Shown here: positions 34,225-42,976 of the stretch, piece by piece | How the letters are laid out: every line of letters begins with the position of its first letter | Numbering within the stretch: position 1 is the first letter of the stretch | Assembly: GCA_964383675.1 (NCBI GenBank) | Contig: CAYLHX010000002.1 | Span: forward strand, 8,505-72,504 | Length of the DNA: 64,000 nucleotides | Reading direction: 5' to 3' | Source of the DNA: an uncultured Candidatus Peribacteria bacterium | Lineage (GTDB): Bacteria; Patescibacteriota; Gracilibacteria; UBA1369; LOWO2-01-FULL-3 | The notes under the pieces: model-generated | Told to the model about the DNA's origin: nothing | Database searches by the model: none | Seen by the model: the letters and a program-made list of their open reading frames with translations, nothing else | Translations under genes and position numbers: made by a program

Positions 34225-35635
34225 CCAGCTTTTTATCTATTTTAGCCGGTTTGGTTGTTCTTTTGGGCGATAGAATTTCCTTTAGCTCTTTTTCACTGAG
34301 AATTTTTTGAATCAGTACCTCTTCCTTGATGGTGCGGTTGTTTTTTAAAGCCTCCTTCACAACTTGGGCCGTGGTTTTGTATCCAATGTAAGGTGAAAGT
34401 GAGGTTGCTGTGACCAAGCTGTTGTTGAAAATTTCTTCAATACGATTAGCGTTTACGACCAGCTTTTCCAGGGCTTTTTCGCGCAGCATTTTTACTCCAT
34501 TGCTTAATATCTCCATGCTTTGGAGCAGATTATACATTATAAGCGGGCACATAACATTGAGTTCGAAGTTGCTTTTTTGGCTTGCGATAGAGATGGAATG
34601 GTCGTTCCCAAGTGCCTGGATGCTGATCATTTCCAGGCATTCAATAATTGAAGGATTAACCTTTCCCGGCATAATCGAGGAGCCGGCTTGTACTTCCGGT
34701 AGGGTAATCTCACTTAGGCCGGCCTTAGGCCCCATGTTCATGAGTTTTAAATCGGATGAGAAGTTTAACAGATTGGTGGCGAGGGAGCGTAGTGCTGCCG
34801 AAAAATTCATGAAATCATTCATGTTGTTGGCGCTTTCTGTGGCGTTGGTAGCTGGTTTTAGCTTTAGTTTTGTGTATTTACTCAGTTCTTTTATGACCAG
34901 TTGCTTATATTTTGGGTCGGTGTTGATGCCGGTTCCAACTGCGGTGCCGCCAATGCCTAAAGTTTTTAGATTTTCACTTTGTTGAATGAGGTTCTTGCGA
35001 GTTTTTGTTAAAGCCTGCCTATATGAGTCGAATTCTTGTGCAAAACTTATTGGTACGGCATCTTGCAGGTGAGTGCGGCCAACTTTTATAAGTTTTTGAT
35101 GTTTTTTACAAAGTTTGACGATCTCTTTTTCCAATTTTTCAAGTTCCGTGAGTAAATTTGGCAGTTCGCTCAAAACGGCCAATCTTGTGGCTGTCGGGAT
35201 TACGTCGTTGGTGGATTGAGCCATGTTTACATGATTGTTGGGGTCGATGTGCGTGTATTTTCCCTTTTTGTCGCCAAGGAGTTCGTTGGCGCGGTTGGCA
35301 ATTATCTCGTTGGCGTTCATGTTATAGGAGGTTCCGGCTCCGGCCTGGAAAACATCAAGGAGGAATTCTTCATTAAACTTGCCATTGATAAACTCCTCGC
35401 AGGCTAATATTAATTTTGCGGAGGGTTTTTTATTGAGTAGTCCAAGTGAGGTATTTGCCTTGGCGCAGGCTAATTTTACTGTGCCAAGTGCTTTTATGAA
35501 AGCTTTTGGAGCTTTTAAGTCACTGATTTGGAAATTACTTTGCGCACGCACGGTAAAAGCGCCAAAATAAGCCTCTTTTGGCACCTGTGCTTGACCCAGG
35601 GAATCTCTTTCTGTTCTTTTGTCTGCTTTTGCCAT
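34208..35635 (-). CDS. aspA: Aspartate ammonia-lyase (class II fumarase/aspartase family)
   Basis: GSSIMPGKVNP signature. AGAGTSYNMNANE and SQSTNDVIPTA resemble the aspartase variants rather than the fumarase ones (TGSGTQ.NMN, SQSSND). The listed ORF runs to TTG 35740 and would overlap rpmB; ATG 35635 (MAKADKRTERDSLG) gives ~475 aa. Confidence 0.75.
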   Translation of the reverse strand: MAKADKRTERDSLGQAQVPKEAYFGAFTVRAQSNFQISDLKAPKAFIKALGTVKLACAKANTSLGLLNKKPSAKLILACEEFINGKFNEEFLLDVFQAGAGTSYNMNANEIIANRANELLGDKKGKYTHIDPNNHVNMAQSTNDVIPTATRLAVLSELPNLLTELEKLEKEIVKLCKKHQKLIKVGRTHLQDAVPISFAQEFDSYRQALTKTRKNLIQQSENLKTLGIGGTAVGTGINTDPKYKQLVIKELSKYTKLKLKPATNATESANNMNDFMNFSAALRSLATNLLNFSSDLKLMNMGPKAGLSEITLPEVQAGSSIMPGKVNPSIIECLEMISIQALGNDHSISIASQKSNFELNVMCPLIMYNLLQSMEILSNGVKMLREKALEKLVVNANRIEEIFNNSLVTATSLSPYIGYKTTAQVVKEALKNNRTIKEEVLIQKILSEKELKEILSPKRTTKPAKIDKKLVKKSQ

Positions 35636-35733
35636 TGGACTCAGTATATTTGGTTCGCGGATATTCTTCAATTTAAAAAACCTTGATCTTTGTGAAAAAG
35701 TTGGTAGAATTCTCAGGCTTTTTATAAACGAAT

Positions 35734-35928
35734 ATGTCAAAAGTTTGTCCTATAACCGGGAAAAGACCTTCAGCGGGAAATCAACGTAGTCATGCCTGTA
35801 ATGCTACTAAACGTCGATTCCTGCCTAATTTGGTGACCAAAAGAGTTTTTGATCCCAAGACAGGTAGAATGAAGAGAATGAGAGTTTCTACCACTGCTTT
35901 ACGAACTTTGGATAAGTTGGCTAAGTAA
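35734..35928 (+). CDS. rpmB: 50S ribosomal protein L28
   Basis: MSKVCPITGKRPSAGNQRSHACNATKRRFLPNL is the canonical bL28 N-terminus. Confidence 0.9.
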   Translation: MSKVCPITGKRPSAGNQRSHACNATKRRFLPNLVTKRVFDPKTGRMKRMRVSTTALRTLDKLAK

Positions 35929-35933
35929 GTACT

Positions 35934-36323
35934 CTAAATTATATTGATCGCGATATAACTTAGGCCGACTCCAACAAGTATTGCTGCTATTGAAGCTGTT
36001 GCCAATAAGTTATCGTGTTTAAGAAAGCTTTTAGCTTTCTTTTTTACGAACTCGGGAGACCAAAGCCAAACCACACCTTTTATGAAGAGTAGCCAGCCGA
36101 TTATGGAGTAGGTGATTGTCCAATCTTGGGTAAATTCCCAGTTTACGCTTAGAAAAAGAAAGGAAATGATGAGAAAAGATATGCTGGTTGAGCGAATGAC
36201 TTCTTTTTCGGAGGTGAAGCTTTTTAGGGACTTGGCGAATTTTCTGGTTTGTAAGAGACCGGGAATATAGATGACTATCATTAGTATGGAGAAGCCCAAT
36301 AATAGAAATTGCGGGTCGATCAT
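35934..36323 (-). CDS. Hypothetical integral membrane protein (about 4 TM)
   Basis: The hydrophobic segment pattern only. Confidence 0.45.
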   Translation of the reverse strand: MIDPQFLLLGFSILMIVIYIPGLLQTRKFAKSLKSFTSEKEVIRSTSISFLIISFLFLSVNWEFTQDWTITYSIIGWLLFIKGVVWLWSPEFVKKKAKSFLKHDNLLATASIAAILVGVGLSYIAINII

Positions 36324-36403
36324 AGGGATGAGGTTATGATTTGAATATGGTTATTCTAAAACTTTTTTTGGATCATGACAAATTTTTATGCTATAATGAC
36401 TAG

Positions 36404-37675
36404 ATGAATGTAGTAATTTTACAACAATTGGGGGTGGCTCTCGCTTTATCCAGTTTGATTGGACTGGAGCGAGAAAGTAAGTATCAAAAGAGCTCTTATG
36501 CCGCTTTTGGTGGTATTAGAACCTTTGCCTTGATTGGTATTTTAGGTGCTCTGTCTTATGGTCTTTTTCCCACTTCACAAATATTTTTTTCGGTAATGAC
36601 CGTTGGCTTTTTGGCTCTGGTAGTTGCGGGGTATGTGATGTTGGCCGGGCAGCATAAGGACATGGGGGCAACTTCCGAGGTTGCAGCTATTTTGGTTTAT
36701 TTTATAGGAGTATTGAGTGCGATGGAGCATTACGTGGTTGCCACGACAATTGCTTTGGCGGTTATGATAATTCTTCACTTTAAAGATCCGCTGCATAAAT
36801 GGGCAAGGCATATTAGCAATAGCGAAATGATTTCAACGATTCAGTTTATGATTATTGCTTTTATCGTGTTGCCTCTTTTACCTAATCAGTACATGGGGCC
36901 TTATGATTTTTTCAATCCCTACTTGGTTTGGCTGATGGTGGTTTTTATCTCCGGGATTTCTTTTTTGAGCTATATCGCCATGCGTGTGTTTGGTGAAAAG
37001 AAGGGGATTACCTTGACCGGTTTTTTGGCCGGTTTTATCTCTTCCACGGCTTTGGCAATTAGCCTGGCTCATTACAGTAAGGGAAAGAAGAATGTAAGTT
37101 CGCCAATCGTTTTTGCCATGCTGATAGCGGGGAGTACTTTGTTTGTGAGGGTCTTGGTAGAGGTTTTTGTAGTTAATCCGGAACTTTTCACGGTTTTACT
37201 TTGGCCTTTTGTTTTGATGGCCGGTGTGGGCTTCTCTATTGCCACTTTTTTCTGGCTTACTGAGAAGAGCGGTAAAGAGGTGAGCAGGTTTAACAAGAAG
37301 ACTTTGGAAATGGAAAGTCCTTTTAGGCTTAGGCCGGCTCTAAAGTTCGGTTTGATTTTTTCAGGAATACTTTTTATATCAAAATATGCTTTGGTGGTTA
37401 TGGGTGATAGAGGAGTTTTTATTACCAGCTTCATTACCGGCTTGTTGGACGTTGATGCGATTACCATTTCAATGGCCAATATGGTTAAGAATAGCGACTT
37501 GTCCCAAAATGTCGGGGCGATAGCAATTTTGATAGCGGCGGTGGTAAACACCATGGTGAAGGTGGTTTTCTTTACTATGTTTGGTGATAAGAAGATTGCT
37601 CTTAAGCTTTTAGGGTATTTCGCTTTGGCGGTCTTGGCGGGCATACTCTGTTTTATGCTTCTTTTCGGGCTTTAG
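36404..37675 (+). CDS. MgtC/SapB family membrane protein with DUF4010-like C-terminal extension
   Basis: The N-terminal LALSSLIGLERE motif is typical of MgtC. 423 aa with many TM segments. Confidence 0.65.
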   Translation: MNVVILQQLGVALALSSLIGLERESKYQKSSYAAFGGIRTFALIGILGALSYGLFPTSQIFFSVMTVGFLALVVAGYVMLAGQHKDMGATSEVAAILVYFIGVLSAMEHYVVATTIALAVMIILHFKDPLHKWARHISNSEMISTIQFMIIAFIVLPLLPNQYMGPYDFFNPYLVWLMVVFISGISFLSYIAMRVFGEKKGITLTGFLAGFISSTALAISLAHYSKGKKNVSSPIVFAMLIAGSTLFVRVLVEVFVVNPELFTVLLWPFVLMAGVGFSIATFFWLTEKSGKEVSRFNKKTLEMESPFRLRPALKFGLIFSGILFISKYALVVMGDRGVFITSFITGLLDVDAITISMANMVKNSDLSQNVGAIAILIAAVVNTMVKVVFFTMFGDKKIALKLLGYFALAVLAGILCFMLLFGL

Positions 37676-37753
37676 TCAAGGAATAGTTTTTGGGTTTTTG
37701 ATAGCTTTGAGATATTAATTATTGATGAATGTATCACATAATCTATTTTTGAC

Positions 37754-40186
37754 ATGAAAAGACTTCTCGCATCCTGGTTGGTCTCGGCTTTGCTGTTGGT
37801 TATTTTGCCGCAAGCAGTTGTTAGTGCCGATACTATCTATCTACCCAGTAAAGATAGCAGTCAATATTTACCTACCGTAAAAATTCTCACCTATTCTTTA
37901 GGATATGATGGGGAATTGGTGGCTGAAGGACTTGGCTCCGGTACCTTGATTGATAATAAGGGAACCATTCTTACCAATAATCATGTGGTTGAAAGCTACT
38001 ACAATATCGGGCAGGCCGGTGACGCTTTTCAGGTTTGTCTGACTCGCAGCAATGCTACCGAAGAGCCGATTTGTGAATTTACCGCTTCTCTGGTGGCTCG
38101 CGATGAGGATCGTGATCTTGCGCTTTTAAAGATGGATCAAAAGAGTATTGTCGGGGAGAGTTTGGTGTTTGATTTTTATCTGCCTTACAAAAATGAGGGG
38201 AATTATGATATTGCTGAAGGAGTGACCGTGATTGGTTTTCCTGATGCCGGAGGTAGAACCATTACCTTTACAACCGGTGTTATCAGTGGCTACGTGACAG
38301 AGTTTGGTGTGGATTACATTAAAACCGATGCGGCCATTTCTTTTGGTAATTCCGGCGGAACCGCCGTGGATAGTGAGGGAAATTTGATTGGTGTACCAAC
38401 TCTTGGATTTACCAACGCTTACGGTGAACAGGTTTTGGGTGGACTTTTTCCCGTTAAAAATGCTGTTAGCTGGGTTGAAGCCAATGCCACAAGCGAACCC
38501 GTGATTAATGAAACAGCCACTTCAAAGCTTAAAGAAGGTGTGAAAAAGAATATTGAGGCTACCAAGACCGGTCATTATAAAAATGACTATCCGCCATATG
38601 AGATCTCTTTGGTGGACGGTTGGAAATTTGGCAACAGTTTGGAGGGGGCTTTTGAGCAGGAGCAGAGCCTTTATCCTCTTTATGGTGATGATGCATTAAT
38701 TATCTACCCGGTTGGTGAATATTCTCCGCTTTATGTGGGAGTTGGTGTCTTTGACTATGCCTTTGAAGTGGAGCTTTCCGATATTGAAAGTCTTTTCGGT
38801 GATAGTTATTACGATGACTATTCGGAAACACCGGATGAGGGAAGTGGTTTTGAGGAGGTAAAGTTGAATGATAAATATCCTGCGATGAAGGATTCCTATG
38901 AGTATTATGATTGGTATTACGGAATCTATATTAACGCGGTTACTTATTATATACCTTACGGAGATAAGGTGATTAGTGTCTTCTATGACTATGCCGAAGA
39001 GGATGCCGATCGTTTGGCTGAGGTGGAGGAGATTATAGCTTCCTTTGCGGTTGATATGAGTGCCGTTGAATTTAGTGTGGACAATGTCGTGGAGAGTGAA
39101 GATCCGAAAATCAAGGTTGTTAACGAGTTTGATGATATGTTCCTTTCCGATGAGAGTTACGAATATGATGGAGTAAATTACTTTGGCGCCTCTTTCGGTA
39201 GGAAGAACGATCCGGACTTTTACGTGGATATTTACTCAAGTACTTACTGGGATGAAACTTATGTTGATGACTTTGAAGCTTTTAAAGAGTTTACGCTTGA
39301 AGATGCGGAGAGTTGGTACGAGGTTGTGGCCAGCGGTGATTTGACCGTGGATGGTCACAAAGGCTTCTTCTATACCGATGAATATGACGATTATTACGGG
39401 AAGTATGTTTACACAACTATCTATATTGAAAACGATAGTGATAGTTACTTTACAATTTATACTTCCAGCGGAGAGGAAGGTTTTGAGGAAAATTTAAAGA
39501 CTATGGTGAGTATTTTGAAAAAAGTTGAATTGAGCAATGACGGTGCCGGGAAATATTCAATTCCGGATTTTTATACCGGTCAAAGCTCCAGCAAACCAAA
39601 ATCGCTACAGGATATTGAGAACTATATTTATGAATACAATATAGAAAATCTTGATAAGGCCGGTGCTTTCGGGGAAAATGCCCCCGCCTTCTTTAATCCG
39701 GCGGGTCCAATTCTGCGTGAGAGTTTTGTGGTGTGGGCGGTTAAGAGTTTGAGCGGTACTGCGGCTGAGGATTTTGCTACTTTTGAGTCCGAATACGATG
39801 GTTGTGGCAGTAAATGTTTTGCCGACTATGATTACTCTTCGGCCAATGCGGTTTATATCGATTACGCTCATGAAAAAGGAGCCATTGGAGGTATGGCTGC
39901 GGATGGGAACTATTATTTCCGTGCCGGTGAACAAACTTCACTGATGGCTGCCTTGAAGATTATCTTTGAGCTTTATGACTATGAAGTTTGGCAAGCTCCG
40001 GATTTTGTGCCTTGGTACGTACCTTATCTGCATTTGGGGTATGTAAATTATGTGATACCTTATGGCGTGTCCGATGCCAATTACCTGCTAACCAGAGGAG
40101 AAGGGGTTTATATTATCGATACTATCCGTTATGCCAATGAAGATTATTACTATGATGATTACTATTACGAAGATTATTGGTATTAA
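37754..40186 (+). CDS. Secreted trypsin-like (S1/HtrA-type) serine protease with a long acidic Tyr-rich region and a C-terminal SLH-like anchor
   Basis: Signal peptide, His region TNNHVV, Asp region DRDLALLK and Ser region TDAAISFGNSGGTAVD. The middle ~400 aa is D/E/Y-rich. An SLH-like segment lies near residue 640 (FNPAGPILRESFVVWAVKSL). The extreme C-terminus is YANEDYYYDDYYYEDYWY. Confidence 0.7.
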   Translation: MKRLLASWLVSALLLVILPQAVVSADTIYLPSKDSSQYLPTVKILTYSLGYDGELVAEGLGSGTLIDNKGTILTNNHVVESYYNIGQAGDAFQVCLTRSNATEEPICEFTASLVARDEDRDLALLKMDQKSIVGESLVFDFYLPYKNEGNYDIAEGVTVIGFPDAGGRTITFTTGVISGYVTEFGVDYIKTDAAISFGNSGGTAVDSEGNLIGVPTLGFTNAYGEQVLGGLFPVKNAVSWVEANATSEPVINETATSKLKEGVKKNIEATKTGHYKNDYPPYEISLVDGWKFGNSLEGAFEQEQSLYPLYGDDALIIYPVGEYSPLYVGVGVFDYAFEVELSDIESLFGDSYYDDYSETPDEGSGFEEVKLNDKYPAMKDSYEYYDWYYGIYINAVTYYIPYGDKVISVFYDYAEEDADRLAEVEEIIASFAVDMSAVEFSVDNVVESEDPKIKVVNEFDDMFLSDESYEYDGVNYFGASFGRKNDPDFYVDIYSSTYWDETYVDDFEAFKEFTLEDAESWYEVVASGDLTVDGHKGFFYTDEYDDYYGKYVYTTIYIENDSDSYFTIYTSSGEEGFEENLKTMVSILKKVELSNDGAGKYSIPDFYTGQSSSKPKSLQDIENYIYEYNIENLDKAGAFGENAPAFFNPAGPILRESFVVWAVKSLSGTAAEDFATFESEYDGCGSKCFADYDYSSANAVYIDYAHEKGAIGGMAADGNYYFRAGEQTSLMAALKIIFELYDYEVWQAPDFVPWYVPYLHLGYVNYVIPYGVSDANYLLTRGEGVYIIDTIRYANEDYYYDDYYYEDYWY

Positions 40187-40220
40187 GAGAATTTGAAACA
40201 TATTGACTAAAATGCAAGAT

Positions 40221-40258
40221 GAAACCGAGTTGTAGAAAATTCCTACAACTCGGTTTTT
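40221..40258 (+). terminator. Rho-independent terminator after the protease gene
   Basis: Stem aaaccgagttgtag / ctacaactcggttt (14 bp perfect) with a 7-nt loop, running into a T5 tract. Confidence 0.8.
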
Positions 40259-40401
40259 GGTTGAGAATTTTCTCAGTGTTACAGATGGGTTTTGCAGTGC
40301 GTAAAGATGGCCGACATCTGAGTTTTGCTTTTGTTTTGGCTCTTGCTAAACCTTGTCGATATTTATTATTAGTAGAGCATGTATTTTTTAAACTTTAAGT
40401 T

Positions 40402-41946
40402 ATGGAGCATATAGTTTCAAAAGGTGGTGCCAAAATCGGGGTGGATAATGGTCACAGGGAGATTCATGGACGTGAGAGGGATTATGGAAATATTTTGTGG
40501 AAACAGTCACACCTGCTTGATTTGTCCTATCCTGAATTGGAGGAGCGAAATCTTGAAGTTAAGTCTGAGAGAGCGGCCGGTGTTACCAGTGATGAGATGA
40601 GGGAAAAGTTTATGCGTTATCTTGCTGATGAGAAAGGAATCAAAGCAATAACCGTTTGTTTCACTAATCTTGAGGGCAAATTACAGATGCTGGATTTTGA
40701 TAAAAAGTATGTTTTGAACTCTGAGGACAACCTGACTTTTGACGGATCTTCGATTATCGGTTTTACTCAATTGGCACAATCAGATTTGCGTTTACGTATC
40801 GATTGGACAAGTTTTAGATGGGTTCCTGCTGATATTTTTGGTCCAGGTAAAGTTTTGGTTTTCGGTAATGTTTGTAATGAGGATGGTAGTTACTATCACT
40901 CTGATTTTCGTTCACAATTATTGCAATTGTGTGAAGAGTTGCGTAACAAGGAGGGGATTACGGTCAATGTGGCTCCGGAGATCGAAGGTTTCTTGTTTAA
41001 GAGTCCGAAAGCCGAGCAGACTTTTGATGAGAAGGAAGGGTTTGAGTTGGCTACCATGAGTGGCTACTTTAACTCTTTGCCTCAAGATATGCTCAGACTT
41101 TACATCGACAAGTTTGCCGAGGTGCAGAGAGCTTTGGGCTTCGAGAATGAAAAGGATCATCCCGAGGTTGCTCCGGCCCAATTTGAGCTTAATTTCCGTT
41201 TTACCGGCGCTTTGGATACTGCCGATCAGGTTCAGCTTTATAAACTTATCGCTCGTCAGGTGGCTAAATCTATGGGGTTGACCGCTTGTTTCTTGCCTAA
41301 GCCGATTCAAGGGTTGAACGGTAGCGGTATGCACACCAATATGTCTTTCTCAAAAGATGGTGTAAATACCTTCTATGACGCTGCCGGAGAAAACAATCTA
41401 TCCGAAGTTGCCCGCCGTTTTGTGACCGGTATTTTGTCTGAAGCGAAGGAGATTTGTTTGATTATGAATCCTTCCGTAAATGCTTACAGGAGGTTGGATC
41501 CTAATTTTGAAGCGCCAAATGAAATTAAATACTCTGCAATTGATCGTGGTTCCATGATCAGAATCCCTATGGGTAATGCCAAGAGCGCGCGTGTAGAGGT
41601 TAGAACCGTTGCACCGGATGCTAACCCATACCTATGTTTCTATGCCTTGATTAAAGCCGGACTGAAAGGAGTTAACGCCAGCGATGCGGATTTGAAGGAG
41701 ATGGAAGATAAGGCCTACGGCCATGGAGTTGAGAAATTGCCTGGAGATATTTATGAAGCTTTGGAGCACTTTGTTGGCAGTTCTTACATGAGAGAGATTA
41801 TGGGTGAGGAAAATCATGATAAGTATGGAGAAATTAAGAATGATGTAGCAGCCAGGTCTCCCAGACAGCTTGGAACAAAGGTTAAGAATCGTGAGGTTTG
41901 GGATCATCATGAAATTACCAACCAATTGTTGAAGGCTGATTTTTAG
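40402..41946 (+). CDS. glnA: Glutamine synthetase (type I-like)
   Basis: Carries PKPIQGLNGSGMHTNMS, NAYRRL and EVRTVAPDANPY. The listed ORF has ~65 extra N-terminal residues relative to the usual beta-grasp start. An in-frame ATG at 40597 (MREKFMRYL) is an alternative start. Confidence 0.85.
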   Translation: MEHIVSKGGAKIGVDNGHREIHGRERDYGNILWKQSHLLDLSYPELEERNLEVKSERAAGVTSDEMREKFMRYLADEKGIKAITVCFTNLEGKLQMLDFDKKYVLNSEDNLTFDGSSIIGFTQLAQSDLRLRIDWTSFRWVPADIFGPGKVLVFGNVCNEDGSYYHSDFRSQLLQLCEELRNKEGITVNVAPEIEGFLFKSPKAEQTFDEKEGFELATMSGYFNSLPQDMLRLYIDKFAEVQRALGFENEKDHPEVAPAQFELNFRFTGALDTADQVQLYKLIARQVAKSMGLTACFLPKPIQGLNGSGMHTNMSFSKDGVNTFYDAAGENNLSEVARRFVTGILSEAKEICLIMNPSVNAYRRLDPNFEAPNEIKYSAIDRGSMIRIPMGNAKSARVEVRTVAPDANPYLCFYALIKAGLKGVNASDADLKEMEDKAYGHGVEKLPGDIYEALEHFVGSSYMREIMGEENHDKYGEIKNDVAARSPRQLGTKVKNREVWDHHEITNQLLKADF

Positions 41947-41970
41947 TGAGATTTTGTTTTAGTTAGAGTG

Positions 41971-42000
41971 AAAAAGTTCTCCTCAAAGGAGAGCTTTTTC
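41971..42000 (+). terminator. Intrinsic terminator, copy 2 of the repeated hairpin family
   Basis: aaaaagttctcc tcaaa ggagagcttttt with one G-U pair. It is the same sequence as copy 1 read on its own coding strand, 25 nt after the glnA stop. Confidence 0.7.
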
Positions 42001-42080
42001 TTGTTTGATGACTTCACCGTAATGGCTTCGGTGCCTTTATAAAGGGGTATTTTGTTTGTTGTTAGACATCGTTTTAGCAT

Positions 42081-42791
42081 TTGCTGGCAAGCATTATGGA
42101 TATTTGGCATAGTGCTCTCCTATCTTTTAATTCAAAAATCATGGCTTTATTAGCTGCTGCTACCCCAGCTTCAGGTGCGGATCAACCAACTTCGATTGAT
42201 CGTTCAGAGGCTTTTACTCAATTGCAAGCCGATGCCAGAACTATTTTTATCCAGGAGGGAGATAATCCGGTCAAGACTTGTGAGGTTTTGGGTATTTCAT
42301 TTCAGAATCTTTTAGAGGGTTGTGTTGACCCAGCTGCCTCCCATGACACTTTGGTTTTTCAAATAGCTAAGATGATGGAGGGAGGCGACTTACAAAGTTA
42401 TTACGCTCAGGCTGAAGCTATGTTGGCCAGAGTTGGTGGGGATTATGAACAGTTGCCACATGTGTTGGGGGTTAGTGGCGAGGAGTTGTTTGGGCAACAT
42501 AGCTCTTCTTTACGTCCGGAAGTGAAATTGTGGAGAGTGGCCGGGATGCTTAGAAACATGCATTCGGGAGTTTATTATCATGGAATTGCCGCAAACATGA
42601 TGAGTGGATTTGAGGGTGATGCAGCTTCTGTTGCCGCAGCGATTTCTGAGAAGTTGGGAGCACAGATTACCGTGCCGGATGAGTTGAGAGGACGTGAGGT
42701 TATGGCACGCGAATTTGTGAGAGCCAGAGCTGCTCAGGTTTTGCAGCTTGCTGATTGGCAGCCACATGAGCTTAACGGCTTTACCGATTAG
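42081..42791 (+). CDS. Hypothetical protein (orphan; Ala/Gly/Arg-rich)
   Basis: Uninterrupted 236-codon ORF from TTG, with in-frame ATGs at 42096 and 42141. No motif recognised. Confidence 0.4.
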   Translation: MLASIMDIWHSALLSFNSKIMALLAAATPASGADQPTSIDRSEAFTQLQADARTIFIQEGDNPVKTCEVLGISFQNLLEGCVDPAASHDTLVFQIAKMMEGGDLQSYYAQAEAMLARVGGDYEQLPHVLGVSGEELFGQHSSSLRPEVKLWRVAGMLRNMHSGVYYHGIAANMMSGFEGDAASVAAAISEKLGAQITVPDELRGREVMAREFVRARAAQVLQLADWQPHELNGFTD

Positions 42792-42836
42792 TTTTTTCTT
42801 GACACCGGCCCTTGTTTCAAATAAAAATTAGTGACG

Positions 42837-42902
42837 ATGAATACAAACGTTGTCACAACCGGTGCCCAAAATCTGCTGCTACTAGTACTGCTAGTGGTGT
42901 AG
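42837..42902 (+). CDS. Candidate leu-operon leader peptide (21 aa, MNTNVVTTGAQNLLLLVLLVV)
   Basis: ATG 42837 to TAG 42900-42902. Six Leu and three Val codons fill the last nine positions (CTG CTG CTA CTA GTA CTG CTA GTG GTG). A terminator follows 32 nt downstream, then leuC. Confidence 0.55.
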   Translation: MNTNVVTTGAQNLLLLVLLVV

Positions 42903-42933
42903 GTTTTGGCGTATGTGTTGAGATAATTTGAGA

Positions 42934-42964
42934 ACACTGTCGCCAAAGGACAGTGTCTTTTTTT
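42934..42964 (+). terminator. Attenuator terminator between the leader peptide and leuC
   Basis: acactgtc / gacagtgt 8-bp stem, loop gccaaag, then cttttttt. It ends 13 nt before the leuC ATG. Confidence 0.65.
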
Positions 42965-42976
42965 ATAAAAAATTTT

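Noticed and set aside
35636-35740. N-terminal extensions of listed ORFs: aspA to 35740, pilT to 27281, LysE to 51259, leuC from 42953, the lipoprotein from 33286 and the RNHCP protein to 16309.
   Set aside because: The extensions start at TTG or GTG and add non-conserved residues before the canonical family N-termini. Several would overlap a divergent gene or a terminator. Internal ATGs give family-typical lengths.
40259-40401. Possible glutamine riboswitch (glnA RNA motif) upstream of glnA, and a preQ1 riboswitch upstream of queE (33251-33330).
   Set aside because: The conserved cores I remember for these motifs (e.g. GGACGGAAG-type for glnA RNA; the CCCUCUAUAAAAAACUA-type tail for preQ1-I) are not present.
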